The notes beneath the pieces are model-generated. The model saw only the letters and a program-made list of their open reading frames with translations, did not search any database and had not been told where the DNA came from. A program made the translations under genes and the position numbers. A DNA stretch of 64,000 nucleotides from Heterodontus francisci (taxonomy: Eukaryota), in the NCBI RefSeq assembly GCF_036365525.1, contig NC_090378.1:124791593-124855592 (forward strand), in the 5' to 3' direction. Below, one piece after another: positions 38,026-49,706 of this stretch; the stretch's first letter is position 1; every line of letters begins with the position of its first letter.

Positions 38026-38753
38026 TTTTTTTTTATTTGTTCATGGGATGTGGGCGTCGCTGGCCAGCATTTATTGCCCATCCCTAATTGCCCTTGAGAA
38101 GGTGGTGGTGAGCTGCCTTCTTGAACTGCTGCAGTCCTTGTGATGTAGGTACACCCACAGTGCTGTTAAGAAGGGAGTTCCAGGATTTTGATCCAGCGAC
38201 AGTGAAGGAACGGCGATATAGTTCCAAGTCAGGATGGTGTGTGACTTGGAGGGGAACTTGCAGGTGGTGGTGTTCCCATGTATTTGCTGCCCTTGTCCTT
38301 CTAGTTGGTAGAGGTCGTGGGTTTGGAAGGTGCTGTCTAAGGAGCCTTGGTGCATTGCTGCAGTGCATCTTGTAGATGGTACACACTGCTGTCACTGTGC
38401 GTTGGTGGTGGAGGGAGTGAATGTTTGTAGATGGGGTGCCAATCACGTGGGTTGCTTTGTCTTGGATGGTGTCGAGCTTCTTGAGTGTTGTTGGAACGGC
38501 ACCCATCCAGGCAAGTGGAGAGTATTCCATCACAATCCTGACTTGTGCCTTGTAGATGGCTTTGGGGAGTCAGGAGGTGAGTTACTCGCCGCAGGATTCC
38601 TAGCCTCTGACCTGCTCTTGTAGCCACGGTATTGATATGGCTACTCCAGTTCAGTTTCTGGTCAATGGTAACCCCCAGGATGTTGATAGTGGGGGATTCA
38701 GTGATTGTAATGCTGTTCAATGTAAAGAGGGGATGGTTCGATTCTCTCTTGTT
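38026..38753 (-). mobile_element. Third 5'-truncated copy of the CR1/L2-group LINE 3' end
   Basis: ORFs 38084-38533 and 38337-38912 are closely similar to 27493-28161 and 24454-25221. Confidence 0.9.
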
Positions 38754-38904
38754 CAAGACAGAGATGTAAAAGAAACTGTCGGCGTGTTGGGCGAAACTCT
38801 GATGATGGAAACATGGGGGAGATTGGGAACAGGGGCTTTGAAAGTCGCCAAAAGGCAGTTTTAATTCCAAATCTCTTGGGTTGACAGGATGGTATGAACT
38901 TGTT

Positions 38905-41900
38905 TCCCTCAATACTGCCCGCTCCCTGCTCCCTCCAATACTACCAGCTCGTTATTCCCTCCAAAAGCCAGCTCCCTACTCCCTCCAAAATCAGCTCCCT
39001 GTTACCTCCAATACTGCCAACTCCCTGTTCCCTCTAATACTGCCAGCTCCCTGTTCCCTCCAATACTGCCAGCTCCCTGTTCCCTCCAATACTGCCAACT
39101 CCCTGTTCCCTCCAATACTGCCAGCTCCCTGTTCCCTCCAATACTGCCAGCTCCCTGTTCCCTCCAATACTGCCAACTCCCTGTTCCCTCCAATACTGCC
39201 AGCTCCCTACTCGCTCCAAAATCAGCTCCCTGTTCCCTCCAATACTGCCAGCTCCCTGTACCCTCCAATACTGCCAGCTCCCTGTACCCTCCAAGACTGC
39301 CAGCTCCCTACTCCCTCCAAAATCAGCTCCCTGTTACCTCCAATACTGCCAGCTCCCTGTTCCCTCTAATACTGCCAGCTCCCTGTTCCCTCCAATGCTG
39401 CCAACTCCCTGTTCCCTCCAATACTGCCAGCTCCCTACTCGCTCCAAAATCAGCTCCCTGTTCCCTCCAATACTGCCAGCTCCCTGTACCCTCCAATACT
39501 GCCAGCTCCCTGTACCCTCCAATACTGCCAGCTCCCTGTTCCCTCCCATACAGCCAACTCCCTGTACCCTCCAATACTGCCAGCTCCCTATTCCCTCCAA
39601 AACTGCCAGTTTCCTGTTCCCTCTAATACTGCCAGCTCCCTATTCCCTCCAATACTGCCAGTTCCCTGTTCCCTCCAATACTGCCAGCTCCCTATTCCCT
39701 CCAATACTGCCAGTTCCCTGTTCCCTCTAATACTGCCAGCTCCCTGTTCCCTCCAATACAGCCAACTCCCTGTTCCCTCTAATACTGCCAGCTCCCTGTA
39801 CCCTCCAATACTGCCATCTCCCTGTACCCTCCAATACTGCCAGCTCCCTATTCCCTCCAAAACTGCCAGTTTCCTGTTCCCTCTAATACTGCCAGCTCCC
39901 TGTACCCTCCAATACTGCCAGCTCCCTATTCCCTCCAATACTGTCAGTTCCCTGTTCCCTCCAATACTGCCAGTTCCCTGTTCCCTCCAATACTGCCAGC
40001 TCGCTATTCCCTCCAATACCGTCAGTTCCCTGTTCCCTCCAATACTGCCAGTTCCCTGTTCCCTCCAATACTGCCAGTTCCCTGTTCCCTCTAATACTGC
40101 CAGCTCCCTGTACCCTCCAATACTGTCAGCTCCCTGTTCCCTCCAATACTGCCAGCTTCCTGTACCCTCTAATACTGCCAGCTCCCTAATCCCTCCAAAA
40201 CTGCCAACTCCCTGTTCCCTCTAATACTGCCAGTTCCCTGTTCCCTCCAATACTGCCAGCTCCCTACTCGCTCCAAAATCAGCTCCCTGTTCCCTCCAAT
40301 ACTGCCAGCTCCCTGTTCCCTCCAATACTGCCAACTCCCTGTTCCCTCTAATACTGCCAGCTCCCTGTTCCCTCCAATACTGCCAACTCCCTGTTCCCTC
40401 TAATACTGCCAGCTCCCTGTACCCTCCAATACTGCCAACTCCCTGTTCCCTCTAATACTGCCAGCTCCCTGTACCCTCCAATACTGCCAGCTCCCTGTAC
40501 CCTGCAATACTGCCAGCTCCCTGTTCCCTCCAATACAGCCAACTCCCTGTTCCCTCTAATACTGCCAGCTCCCTGTACCCTCCAATACTGCCATCTCCCT
40601 GTACCCTCCAATACTGCCAGCTCCCTATTCCCTCCAAAACTGCCAGTTTCCTGTTCCCTCTAATACTGCCAGCTCCCTGTACCCTCCAATACTGCCAGCT
40701 CCCTGTTCCCTCCAATACTGCCAGTTCCCTGTTCCCTCCAATACTGCCAGTTCCCTGTTCCCTCTAATACTGCCAGCTCCCTGTACCCTCCAATACTGCC
40801 AGCTCCCTATTCCCTCCAATACTGTCAGTTCCCTGTTCCCTCCAATACTGCCAGTTCCCTGTACCCTCCAATACTGCCAGCTCCCTATTCCCTCCAATAC
40901 CGTCAGTTCCCTGTTCCCTCCAATACTGCCAGTTCCCTGTTCCCTCCAATACTGCCAGTTCCCTGTTCCCTCTAATACTGCCAGCTCCCTGTACCCTCCA
41001 ATACTGTCAGCTCCCTGTTCCCTCCAATACTGCCAGCTTCCTGTACCCTCTAATACTGCCAGCTCCCTAATCCCTCCAAAACTGCCAACTCCCTGTTCCC
41101 TCTAATACTGCCAGTTCCCTGTTCCCTCCAATACTGCCAGCTCCCTACTCCCTCCAAAATCAGCTCCCTGTTCCCTCCAAAACTGCCAACTCCCTGTTCC
41201 CTCTAATACTGCCAGCTCCCTGTACGCTCCAATACTGCCAGCTCCCTGTTCCCTCCAAAACTGCCAACTCCCTGTTCCCTCTAATACTGCCAACTCCCTG
41301 TTCCCTCCAAAACTGCCAACTCCCTGTTCCCTCTAATACTGCCAGCTCCCTGTACCCTCCAATACTGCCAGCTCCCTGTACCCTCCAATACTGCCAGCTC
41401 CCTGTTCCCTCCAAAACTGCCAACTCCCTGTTCCCTCTAATACTGCCAGCTCCCTGTACCCTCCAATACTGCCAGCTCCCTGTTCCCTCCAAAACTGCCA
41501 ACTCCCTGTTCCCTCCAATACTGCCAGCTCCCTGTACCCTCCAATACTGCCAGCTCCCTGTACCCTCCAATACTGCCAGCTCCCTATTCCCTCCAAAACT
41601 GCCAGTTCCCTGTTCCCTCTAATACTGCCAGCTCCCTTTACCCTGCAATACTGCCAGCTCCCTGTTCCCTCCAATACTGCCAACTCCCTGTTCCCTCCAA
41701 TACTGCCAGCTCCCTACTCGCTCCAAAATCAGCTCCCTGTTCCCTCCAATACTGCCAGCTCCCTGTACCCTCCAATACTGCCAGCTCCCTGTACCCTCCA
41801 ATACTGCCAGCTCCCTACTCCCTCCAAAATCAGCTCCCTGTTACCTCCAATACTGCCAGCTCCCTGTTCCCTCTAATACTGCCAGCTCCCTGTTCCCTCC

Positions 41901-44900
41901 AATGCTGCCAACTCCCTGTTCCCTCCAATACTGCCAGCTCCCTACTCGCTCCAAAATCAGCTCCCTGTTCCCTCCAATACTGCCAGCTCCCTGTACCCTC
42001 CAATACTGCCAGCTCCCTGTACCCTCCAATACTGCCAGCTCCCTGTTCCCTCCCATACAGCCAACTCCCTGTACCCTCCAATACTGCCAGCTCCCTATTC
42101 CCTCCAAAACTGCCAGTTTCCTGTTCCCTCTAATACTGCCAGCTCCCTATTCCCTCCAATACTGCCAGTTCCCTGTTCCCTCCAATACTGCCAGCTCCCT
42201 ATTCCCTCCAATACTGCCAGTTCCCTGTTCCCTCTAATACTGCCAGCTCCCTGTTCCCTCCAATACAGTCAACTCCCTGTTCCCTCTAATACTGCCAGCT
42301 CCCTGTACCCTCCAATACTGCCATCTCCCTGTACCCTCCAATACTGCCAGCTCCCTATTCCCTCCAAAACTGCCAGTTTCCTGTTCCCTCTAATACTGCC
42401 AGCTCCCTGTACCCTCCAATACTGCCAGCTCCCTATTCCCTCCAATACTGTCAGTTCCCTGTTCCCTCCAATACTGCCAGTTCCCTGTTCCCTCCAATAC
42501 TGCCAGCTCGCTATTCCCTCCAATACCGTCAGTTCCCTGTTCCCTCCAATACTGCCAGTTCCCTGTTCCCTCCAATACTGCCAGTTCCCTGTTCCCTCTA
42601 ATACTGCCAGCTCCCTGTACCCTCCAATACTGTCAGCTCCCTGTTCCCTCCAATACTGCCAGCTTCCTGTACCCTCTAATACTGCCAGCTCCCTAATCCC
42701 TCCAAAACTGCCAACTCCCTGTTCCCTCTAATACTGCCAGTTCCCTGTTCCCTCCAATACTGCCAGCTCCCTACTCGCTCCAAAATCAGCTCCCTGTTCC
42801 CTCCAATACTGCCAGCTCCCTGTTCCCTCCAATACTGCCAACTCCCTGTTCCCTCTAATACTGCCAGCTCCCTGTTCCCTCCAATACTGCCAACTCCCTG
42901 TTCCCTCTAATACTGCCAGCTCCCTGTACCCTCCAATACTGCCAACTCCCTGTTCCCTCTAATACTGCCAGCTCCCTGTACCCTCCAATACTGCCAGCTC
43001 CCTGTACCCTGCAATACTGCCAGCTCCCTGTTCCCTCCAATACAGCCAACTCCCTGTTCCCTCTAATACTGCCAGCTCCCTGTACCCTCCAATACTGCCA
43101 TCTCCCTGTACCCTCCAATACTGCCAGCTCCCTATTCCCTCCAAAACTGCCAGTTTCCTGTTCCCTCTAATACTGCCAGCTCCCTGTACCCTCCAATACT
43201 GCCAGTTCCCTGTTCCCTCCAATACTGCCAGTTCCCTGTTCCCTCCAATACTGCCAGTTCCCTGTTCCCTCTAATACTGCCAGCTCCCTGTACCCTCCAA
43301 TACTGCCAGCTCCCTATTCCCTCCAATACTGTCAGTTCCCTGTTCCCTCCAATACTGCCAGTTCCCTGTACCCTCCAATACTGCCAGCTCCCTATTCCCT
43401 CCAATACCGTCAGTTCCCTGTTCCCTCCAATACTGCCAGTTCCCTGTTCCCTCCAATACTGCCAGTTCCCTGTTCCCTCTAATACTGCCAGCTCCCTGTA
43501 CCCTCCAATACTGTCAGCTCCCTGTTCCCTCCAATACTGCCAGCTTCCTGTACCCTCTAATACTGCCAGCTCCCTAATCCCTCCAAAACTGCCAACTCCC
43601 TGTTCCCTCTAATACTGCCAGTTCCCTGTTCCCTCCAATACTGCCAGCTCCCTACTCCCTCCAAAATCAGCTCCCTGTTCCCTCCAAAACTGCCAACTCC
43701 CTGTTCCCTCTAATACTGCCAGCTCCCTGTACGCTCCAATACTGCCAGCTCCCTGTTCCCTCCAAAACTGCCAACTCCCTGTTCCCTCTAATACTGCCAA
43801 CTCCCTGTTCCCTCCAAAACTGCCAACTCCCTGTTCCCTCTAATACTGCCAGCTCCCTGTACCCTCCAATACTGCCAGCTCCCTGTACCCTCCAATACTG
43901 CCAGCTCCCTGTTCCCTCCAAAACTGCCAACTCCCTGTTCCCTCTAATACTGCCAGCTCCCTGTACCCTCCAATACTGCCAGCTCCCTGTTCCCTCCAAA
44001 ACTGCCAACTCCCTGTTCCCTCCAATACTGCCAGCTCCCTGTACCCTCCAATACTGCCAGCTCCCTGTACCCTCCAATACTGCCAGCTCCCTATTCCCTC
44101 CAAAACTGCCAGTTCCCTGTTCCCTCTAATACTGCCAGCTCCCTTTACCCTGCAATACTGCCAGCTCCCTATTCCCTCCAAAACTGCCAGTTCCCTGTTC
44201 CCTCTAATACTGCCAGCTCCCTGTACCCTGCAATACTGCCAGCTCCCTTTTCCCTCCAAAACTGCCAGTTCCCTGTTCCCTCTAATACTGCCAGCTCCCT
44301 GTACCCTCCAATACTGCCAGCTCCCTGTACCCTCCAATACTGCCAGTTCCCTGTTCCCTCTAATACTGCCAGCTCCCTGTACCCTCCAATACTGCCAGCT
44401 CCCTGTACCCTCCAATACTGCCAGCTCCCTATTCCCTCCAAAACTGCCAGTTCCCTGTTCCCTCTAATACTGCCAGCTCCCTGTACCCTCCAATACTGCC
44501 AGCTCCCTATTCCCTCCAAAACTGCCAGTTCCCTGTTCCCTCTAATACTGCCAGCTCCCTGTACCCTCCAATACTGCCAGCTCCCTATTCCCTCCAAAAC
44601 TGCCAGTTCCCTGTTCCCTCTAATACTGCCAGCTCCCTGTACCCTCCAATACTGCCAGCTCCCTATTCCCTCCAAAACTGCCAGCTCCCTATTCCCTCCA
44701 ATACTGTCAGTTCCCTGTTCCCTCCAATACTGCCAGTTCCCTGTTCCCTCCAATACTGTCAGTTCCCTGTTCCCTCCAATACTGCCAGTTCCCTGTTCCC
44801 TCCAATACTGCCAGCTCCCTATTCCCTCCAATACTGCCAGTTCCCTGTTCCCTCCAATACTGCCAGCTCCCTATTCCCTCCAATACTGCCAGTTCCCTGT

Positions 44901-46998
44901 TCCCTCCAATACTGCCAGCTCCCTATTCCCTCCAATACTGTCAGTTCCCTGTTCCCTCCAATACTGCCAGTTCCCTATTCCCTCCAATACTGTCAGTTCC
45001 CTGTTCCCTCCAATACTGCCAGCTCCCTATTCCCTCCAATACTGTCAGTTCCCTGTTCCCTCCAATACTGCCAGTTCCCTGTTCCCTCCAATACTGTCAG
45101 TTCCCTGTTCCCTCCAATACTGCCAGTTCCCTGTTCCCTCTAATACTGCCAGCTCCCTATTCCCTCCAATACTGCCAGTTCCCTGTTCCCTCCAATACTG
45201 CCAGTTCCCTGTTCCCTCCAAAACTGCCAGCTCCCTATTCCCTCCAATACTGTCAGTTCCCTGTTCCCTCCAATACTGCCAGTTCCCTATTCCCTCCAAT
45301 ACTGTCAGTTCCCTGTTCCCTCCAATACTGCCAGCTCCCTATTCCCTCCAATACTGTCAGTTCCCTGTTCCCTCCAATACTGCCAGTTCCCTGTTCCCTC
45401 CAATACTGTCAGTTCCCTGTTCCCTCCAATACTGCCAGTTCCCTATTCCCTCCAATACTGTCAGTTCCCTGTTCCCTCCAATACTGCCAGTTCCCTATTC
45501 CCTCCAATACTGTCAGTTCCCTGTTCCCTCTAATACTGCCAGCTCCCTATTCCCTCCAATACTGCCAGTTCCCTGTTCCCTCCAATACTGCCAGTTCCCT
45601 GTTCCCTCTAATACTGCCAGCTCCCTGTACCCTCCAATACTGTCAGCTCCCTGCTCCCTCCAAAACTGCCAGCTCCCTGTTCCCCCCAATACTGTCAGCT
45701 CCCTGTACCCTCCAATACTGTCAGCTCCCTGTACCCTCTAATACTGCCAGCTCCCTGCTCCCTCCAAAACTGCCAGCTCCCTGTTCCCCCCAATACTGTC
45801 AGCTCCCTGTACCCTCCAATACTGTCAGCTCCCTGTACCCTCCAATACTGACAGCTCCCTGTTCCCTCCAATACTGCCAGTTCCCTGTTCCCTCTAATAC
45901 TGCCAGCTCCCTGTACCCTCCAATACTGTCAGCTCCCTGCTCCCTCCAAAACTGCCAGCTCCCTGTTCCCCCCAATACTGTCAGCTCCCTGTACCCTCCA
46001 ATACTGTCAGCTCCCTGTACCCTCTAATACTGCCAGCTCCCTGTACCCTCCAAAACTGCCAGCTCCCTGTTCCCCCCAATACTGTCAGCTCTCTGTACCC
46101 TCCAATACTGTCAGCTCCCTGTACCTTCCAATACTGCCAGCTCCCTGTACCCTCCAATACTGCCAACTCCCTGCACCCTCCAATACTGCCAACTCCCTGC
46201 ACCCTCCAATACTGTCAACTCTCTACTCCCTTCAATACTGCCAGCTCCCTGTTCCCTCCAATACTGCCAGCTCCCTGTTCCCTCCAATATGCCAACTCCT
46301 GTACCCTCCAATACTGTCAACTCTCTGCTCCCTTCAATACTGCCAGCTCCCTGTTCCCTCCAATATGCCAACTCCCTGTACCCTCCAATACTGCCAACTC
46401 TCTGCACCCTCCAATACTGTCAACTCTCTGCTCCCTTCAATACTGCCAGCTCCCTGTTCCCTCCAATACTGCCAGCTCCATGCACCCTCCAATACTGCCA
46501 GCTCCCTGTTCCCTCCAATATGCCAACTCCTGTACCCTCCAATACTGCCAGCTCCATGCACCCTCCAATACTGCTAGCTCCCTGTTCCCTTCAATACTGC
46601 CAGCTCCCTGTTCCCTCCAATACTGCCAGCTCCATGCACCCTCCAATACTGACAGCTCCCTGTTCCCTCCAATATGCAAACTAAATGTACCCTCCAATAC
46701 TGCCAGCTCCCTGTACCCTCCAATACTGCCAGCTCCATGCACCCTCCAATACTGACAGCTCCCTGTTCCCTCCAATATGCAAACTAAATGTACCCTCCAA
46801 TACTGCCAGCTCCCTGTACCCTCCAATACTGCCAACTCCCTGCACCCTCCAATACTGCCAACTCCCTGCTCCCTTTAATACTGCCAGCTCCCTGCTTCCT
46901 CCAATACTGCCAACTCCCTGCTCCCTCCAATACTGCCAGCTCCCTGCACCCGCCAATACTGCCAACTCTCTGCTCCCTTCAATATTGCCAGCTCCCTC
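38905..46998. repeat. 26-bp tandem satellite (~310 units), strongly C-rich on + strand
   Basis: Unit CTCCAATACTGCCAGCTCCCTGTTCC with variant 23-bp units (CTCCAAAATCAGCTCCCTGTTCC). Confidence 0.98.
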
Positions 46999-47580
46999 TG
47001 GTCAGAGACTCACGTCAGGATCAAACATGACACCAAGTTTGCTCACTGTCTGCTTCAGCAGCAGACAATTTCCAGTTGTCACTAAGCAGTCCCACTGTTT
47101 TCCAGTTATTGATCCTAGATTTAATCTGAATCTTTTTTCTATTGATAGTTTCTTGGAGTGAGCAATATCTCAGGAAGTTGGAGGGAGGGAAGTTGATTCA
47201 TCACCACACTCACTGGCACTGGAGAAATGTCACTGGGGTCACAAAGCAGATCTGGTGGGTCATGAACCCCGGGGAGTTATTTTCGGGAAAGGGTGAAACC
47301 AGGCACTAAGTGGATGCAGTGTGAAGAAGAAATATCTGTTTGAAAGTCTGGATTTAGTCCACATTTTGGGACTAATTGGTGATTCCCATGATTTAAACGT
47401 GCCTCCAGCTGCTAAAAGAGACTCCTGCATGTCTAACACCCAAGCACTGATAAGCAGCAATCTTCCTGGAGATGTATATGTAGCCAGCACTCAACCACTT
47501 CCATTGAAGGAGTGGAGTGTGCTGGCTGTGAGAGAAACAAGCATTGCAGGATGGCTCAGTGAATGAGGGAGAGGGTTCAC

Positions 47581-47790
47581 AGGTTCTCAGATGTGACCCT
47601 GGAGGTCCTGATGGAGGAGGTCCAGAGGAGGAGGGATGTTCATCAACCACAGTGGGGAAGGAGGTCACAGAGGTAGATAATGCAGTGCATATGAAAGGAG
47701 ATCACCCAGGAAGTGACAGCCAGGAGCACTGCCCCCCGGACATGGCTCTGGTGTTGCAAGAAATTCAATGACTTGACACGATTGGTCAAG
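47581..47790 (+). pseudogene. Myb/SANT-like DNA-binding exon relic of a PIF/Harbinger transposon
   Basis: The frame from 47581 reads RFSDVTLEVLMEEVQRRRDVHQPQWGRRSQR*IMQCI*KEITQEVTARSTAPRTWLWCCKKFNDLTRLVK followed by a GTAAGG donor. This matches the RFS..LE.L..EV / W.EI...V / RT..QC.KKFNDL pattern; two in-frame stops. Confidence 0.65.
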
Positions 47791-48262
47791 GTAAGGTCTC
47801 ACAAACACAATGCAGAATAACTGCACCACCACCAGCAACACAACCTCAACACACTGCATCCACCATCTAAATATACACTGGTATTCACACAGCCCACACT
47901 ACTGCATCCTTCACAGGCACAACTCACATTTCAGATACATCTCACATGTGGGGCATCTCACACACACACACGCATATACAAAGCTACCAGTATCCTACAA
48001 CAACAGCTTGTACTTGGATAGTGCCTTTAACATAATAAAGCTCAAGGTGCATCACAGGAGAGCTATAAAGCAAAATTTGACACGGAGCTACCTAAGGAAA
48101 TATTAGGGCAGGTGACCAAAAGCTTGGTCAAAGAGGTAGGTTTCAAGGAGCATCTTAAAGGAGGAAAGTGAGGTGGAGAGGTGTTGGGAGGGAATTCCAG
48201 GGCTTAAAGCCTTGGCAGCTGATATAATGACCACCAATGGTGGAGCAATAAAGATCAGGGAC

Positions 48263-48660
48263 TTTTTTTATTCTTTCATGGGATGTGGGCGTCATTAGTA
48301 AGGCCAGCAACTGTTGCCCATCCCGAATTGCCCTTGACAACTGAATGGCTTGCTCGGCCATTTCAGAGGGCAGTTAAGAGTGAACCACATTGCTGTGGGT
48401 CTGGAGTCACATGTCGGCCAGACCAGGTAAGGATGGCAGATTTCCTTCCCTGAAGGGCCAATGGTTCCCTAAAGTGAAGCAGGTAAGTTTTTACAACAAT
48501 CGATGATAGTTTCATGGCACCATTAACTGAGCCTAGCTTTCAATTCCAGATTTTTATGAACTAATTGAGTTTTATTAATTAATTGAATTTAAATTCCACC
48601 AACTGCCATGAACAATTGCCTGGATTATTGGTCCAATGACATCGCCACTGGGCCACCTCT
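48263..48660 (-). mobile_element. SINE, second copy of the 30487-30865 family
   Basis: Reverse complement of CTGGAGTCACATGT.GGCCAGACCAGGTAAGGA.GGCAGATTTCCTTCCC and of the CCACATCCCATGA tail seen at 30690-30850. Confidence 0.75.
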
Positions 48661-49243
48661 CTGCAAGGTGAAGGCCATGTTCCCCAGCTGGTCAGACACA
48701 GCCCTGACCGGTGCTCAAAAAAGGAGGGTCTTGGTGGCTTTACCCCCAAGCGGGTTCACGACCTCGTTGTGACATTTAAGTCCTGTCAGCTCCATGATCT
48801 CAAACCTTGCAGCACTTTATGTGTTTGGTGGTGACACATATAATATAAAATCAGGGATGCTCAAGATGCCAGAATTAGAGGAGTGCAGAGATCTCAGAGG
48901 ATAGTAGGGCTGGAGGAAATTACAGAGGGAAGCAAACAATGAGGAGTTATAACATCAAGGCTTTGATTAACCCGGAGCCAATGGATGTGAACGAGGAGAG
49001 GCGGTGATGAGGGAATGGGACACAGGCAGCAGAGTTTTGGATGACCACCAGATTAAAAAAGGTTAAATGTGAGAAGTCTTCCAGGAGTGCATTCGAATAG
49101 TTAAGTCTGGAGGTGATAAACTCATAGATGAAGGTTTCAGCAGCAGATGAGGTGAGACAGGAACAGACTCAGTCAACGTCATGGAGGTGGAAATATGCAA
49201 CCTTAACAATGGTCCAAAAGCATAGTCGGAAGCTTACCCCAGA

Positions 49244-49612
49244 GGGCAGCACAGTGGCGCAGTGGTTAGCACCGCAGCCTCACAGCTCCAGCGACCCGGG
49301 TTCAATTCTGGGTACTGCCCGTGCGGAGTTTGCAAATTCTCCCTGTAACCGCGTGGGTTTCCGCCGGGTGCTCCGGTTTCCTCCCACAGCCAAAAACTAG
49401 CAGGTTGATAGCTAAATTGGCCATTGTAAATTGCCCCTAGTGCAGGTAGGTGGTAGGGAAATTGAGGGAAGGAGTGGGTGCGTTAGGAATATGGGATTAG
49501 TGTAGGATAAGTATAAATGGGTGGTTGATGGTCGGCACAGACTCGGTGGGCCAAAGGGCCTGTTCCAGTGCTGTATCTCTAAATAAAATAAAAATAAATA
49601 ACAAAATAAAAT
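49244..49612 (+). mobile_element. HE1-like tRNA-derived V-SINE, full length
   Basis: A box GTGGCGCAGTGG, B box GGTTCAATTC, V-domain-like GCGTGGGTTTCCGCCGGGTGCTCCGGTTTCCTCCCACA, CR1-like tail GGGCCAAAGGGCCTGTTCCAGTGCTGTATCTCT + (TAAAA)n. Confidence 0.85.
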
Positions 49613-49706
49613 GTATCACCAACATTGCAAACAGTCACAAAGCTGCCAGGGAGAGGGATGGAGTCTGTAGAGAGGCAATGGAATTTCAAGCGGGGATCGA
49701 AGACAT

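Larger units (their letters stand above)
47998..49705 (-). mobile_element. Decayed L2-type LINE 3' region, interrupted by two SINEs
   Basis: CAACAGCTTGTACTTGGATAGTGCCTTTAAC...CAAAAGCTTGGTCAAAGAGGTAGGTTT...GGGAGGGAATTCCAG resembles shark L2 3' ends from recall. It resumes at ~48845 and ~49615; no ORF is left. Confidence 0.5.

Noticed and set aside
38881-47161. LEGTGSWQYWREQG / LPPILPAPCSLQYCQ repeat ORFs
   Set aside because: Translations of the 26-bp satellite.
49244-49320. tRNA gene
   Set aside because: A/B boxes continue into a SINE body and LINE-derived tail; no complete cloverleaf.
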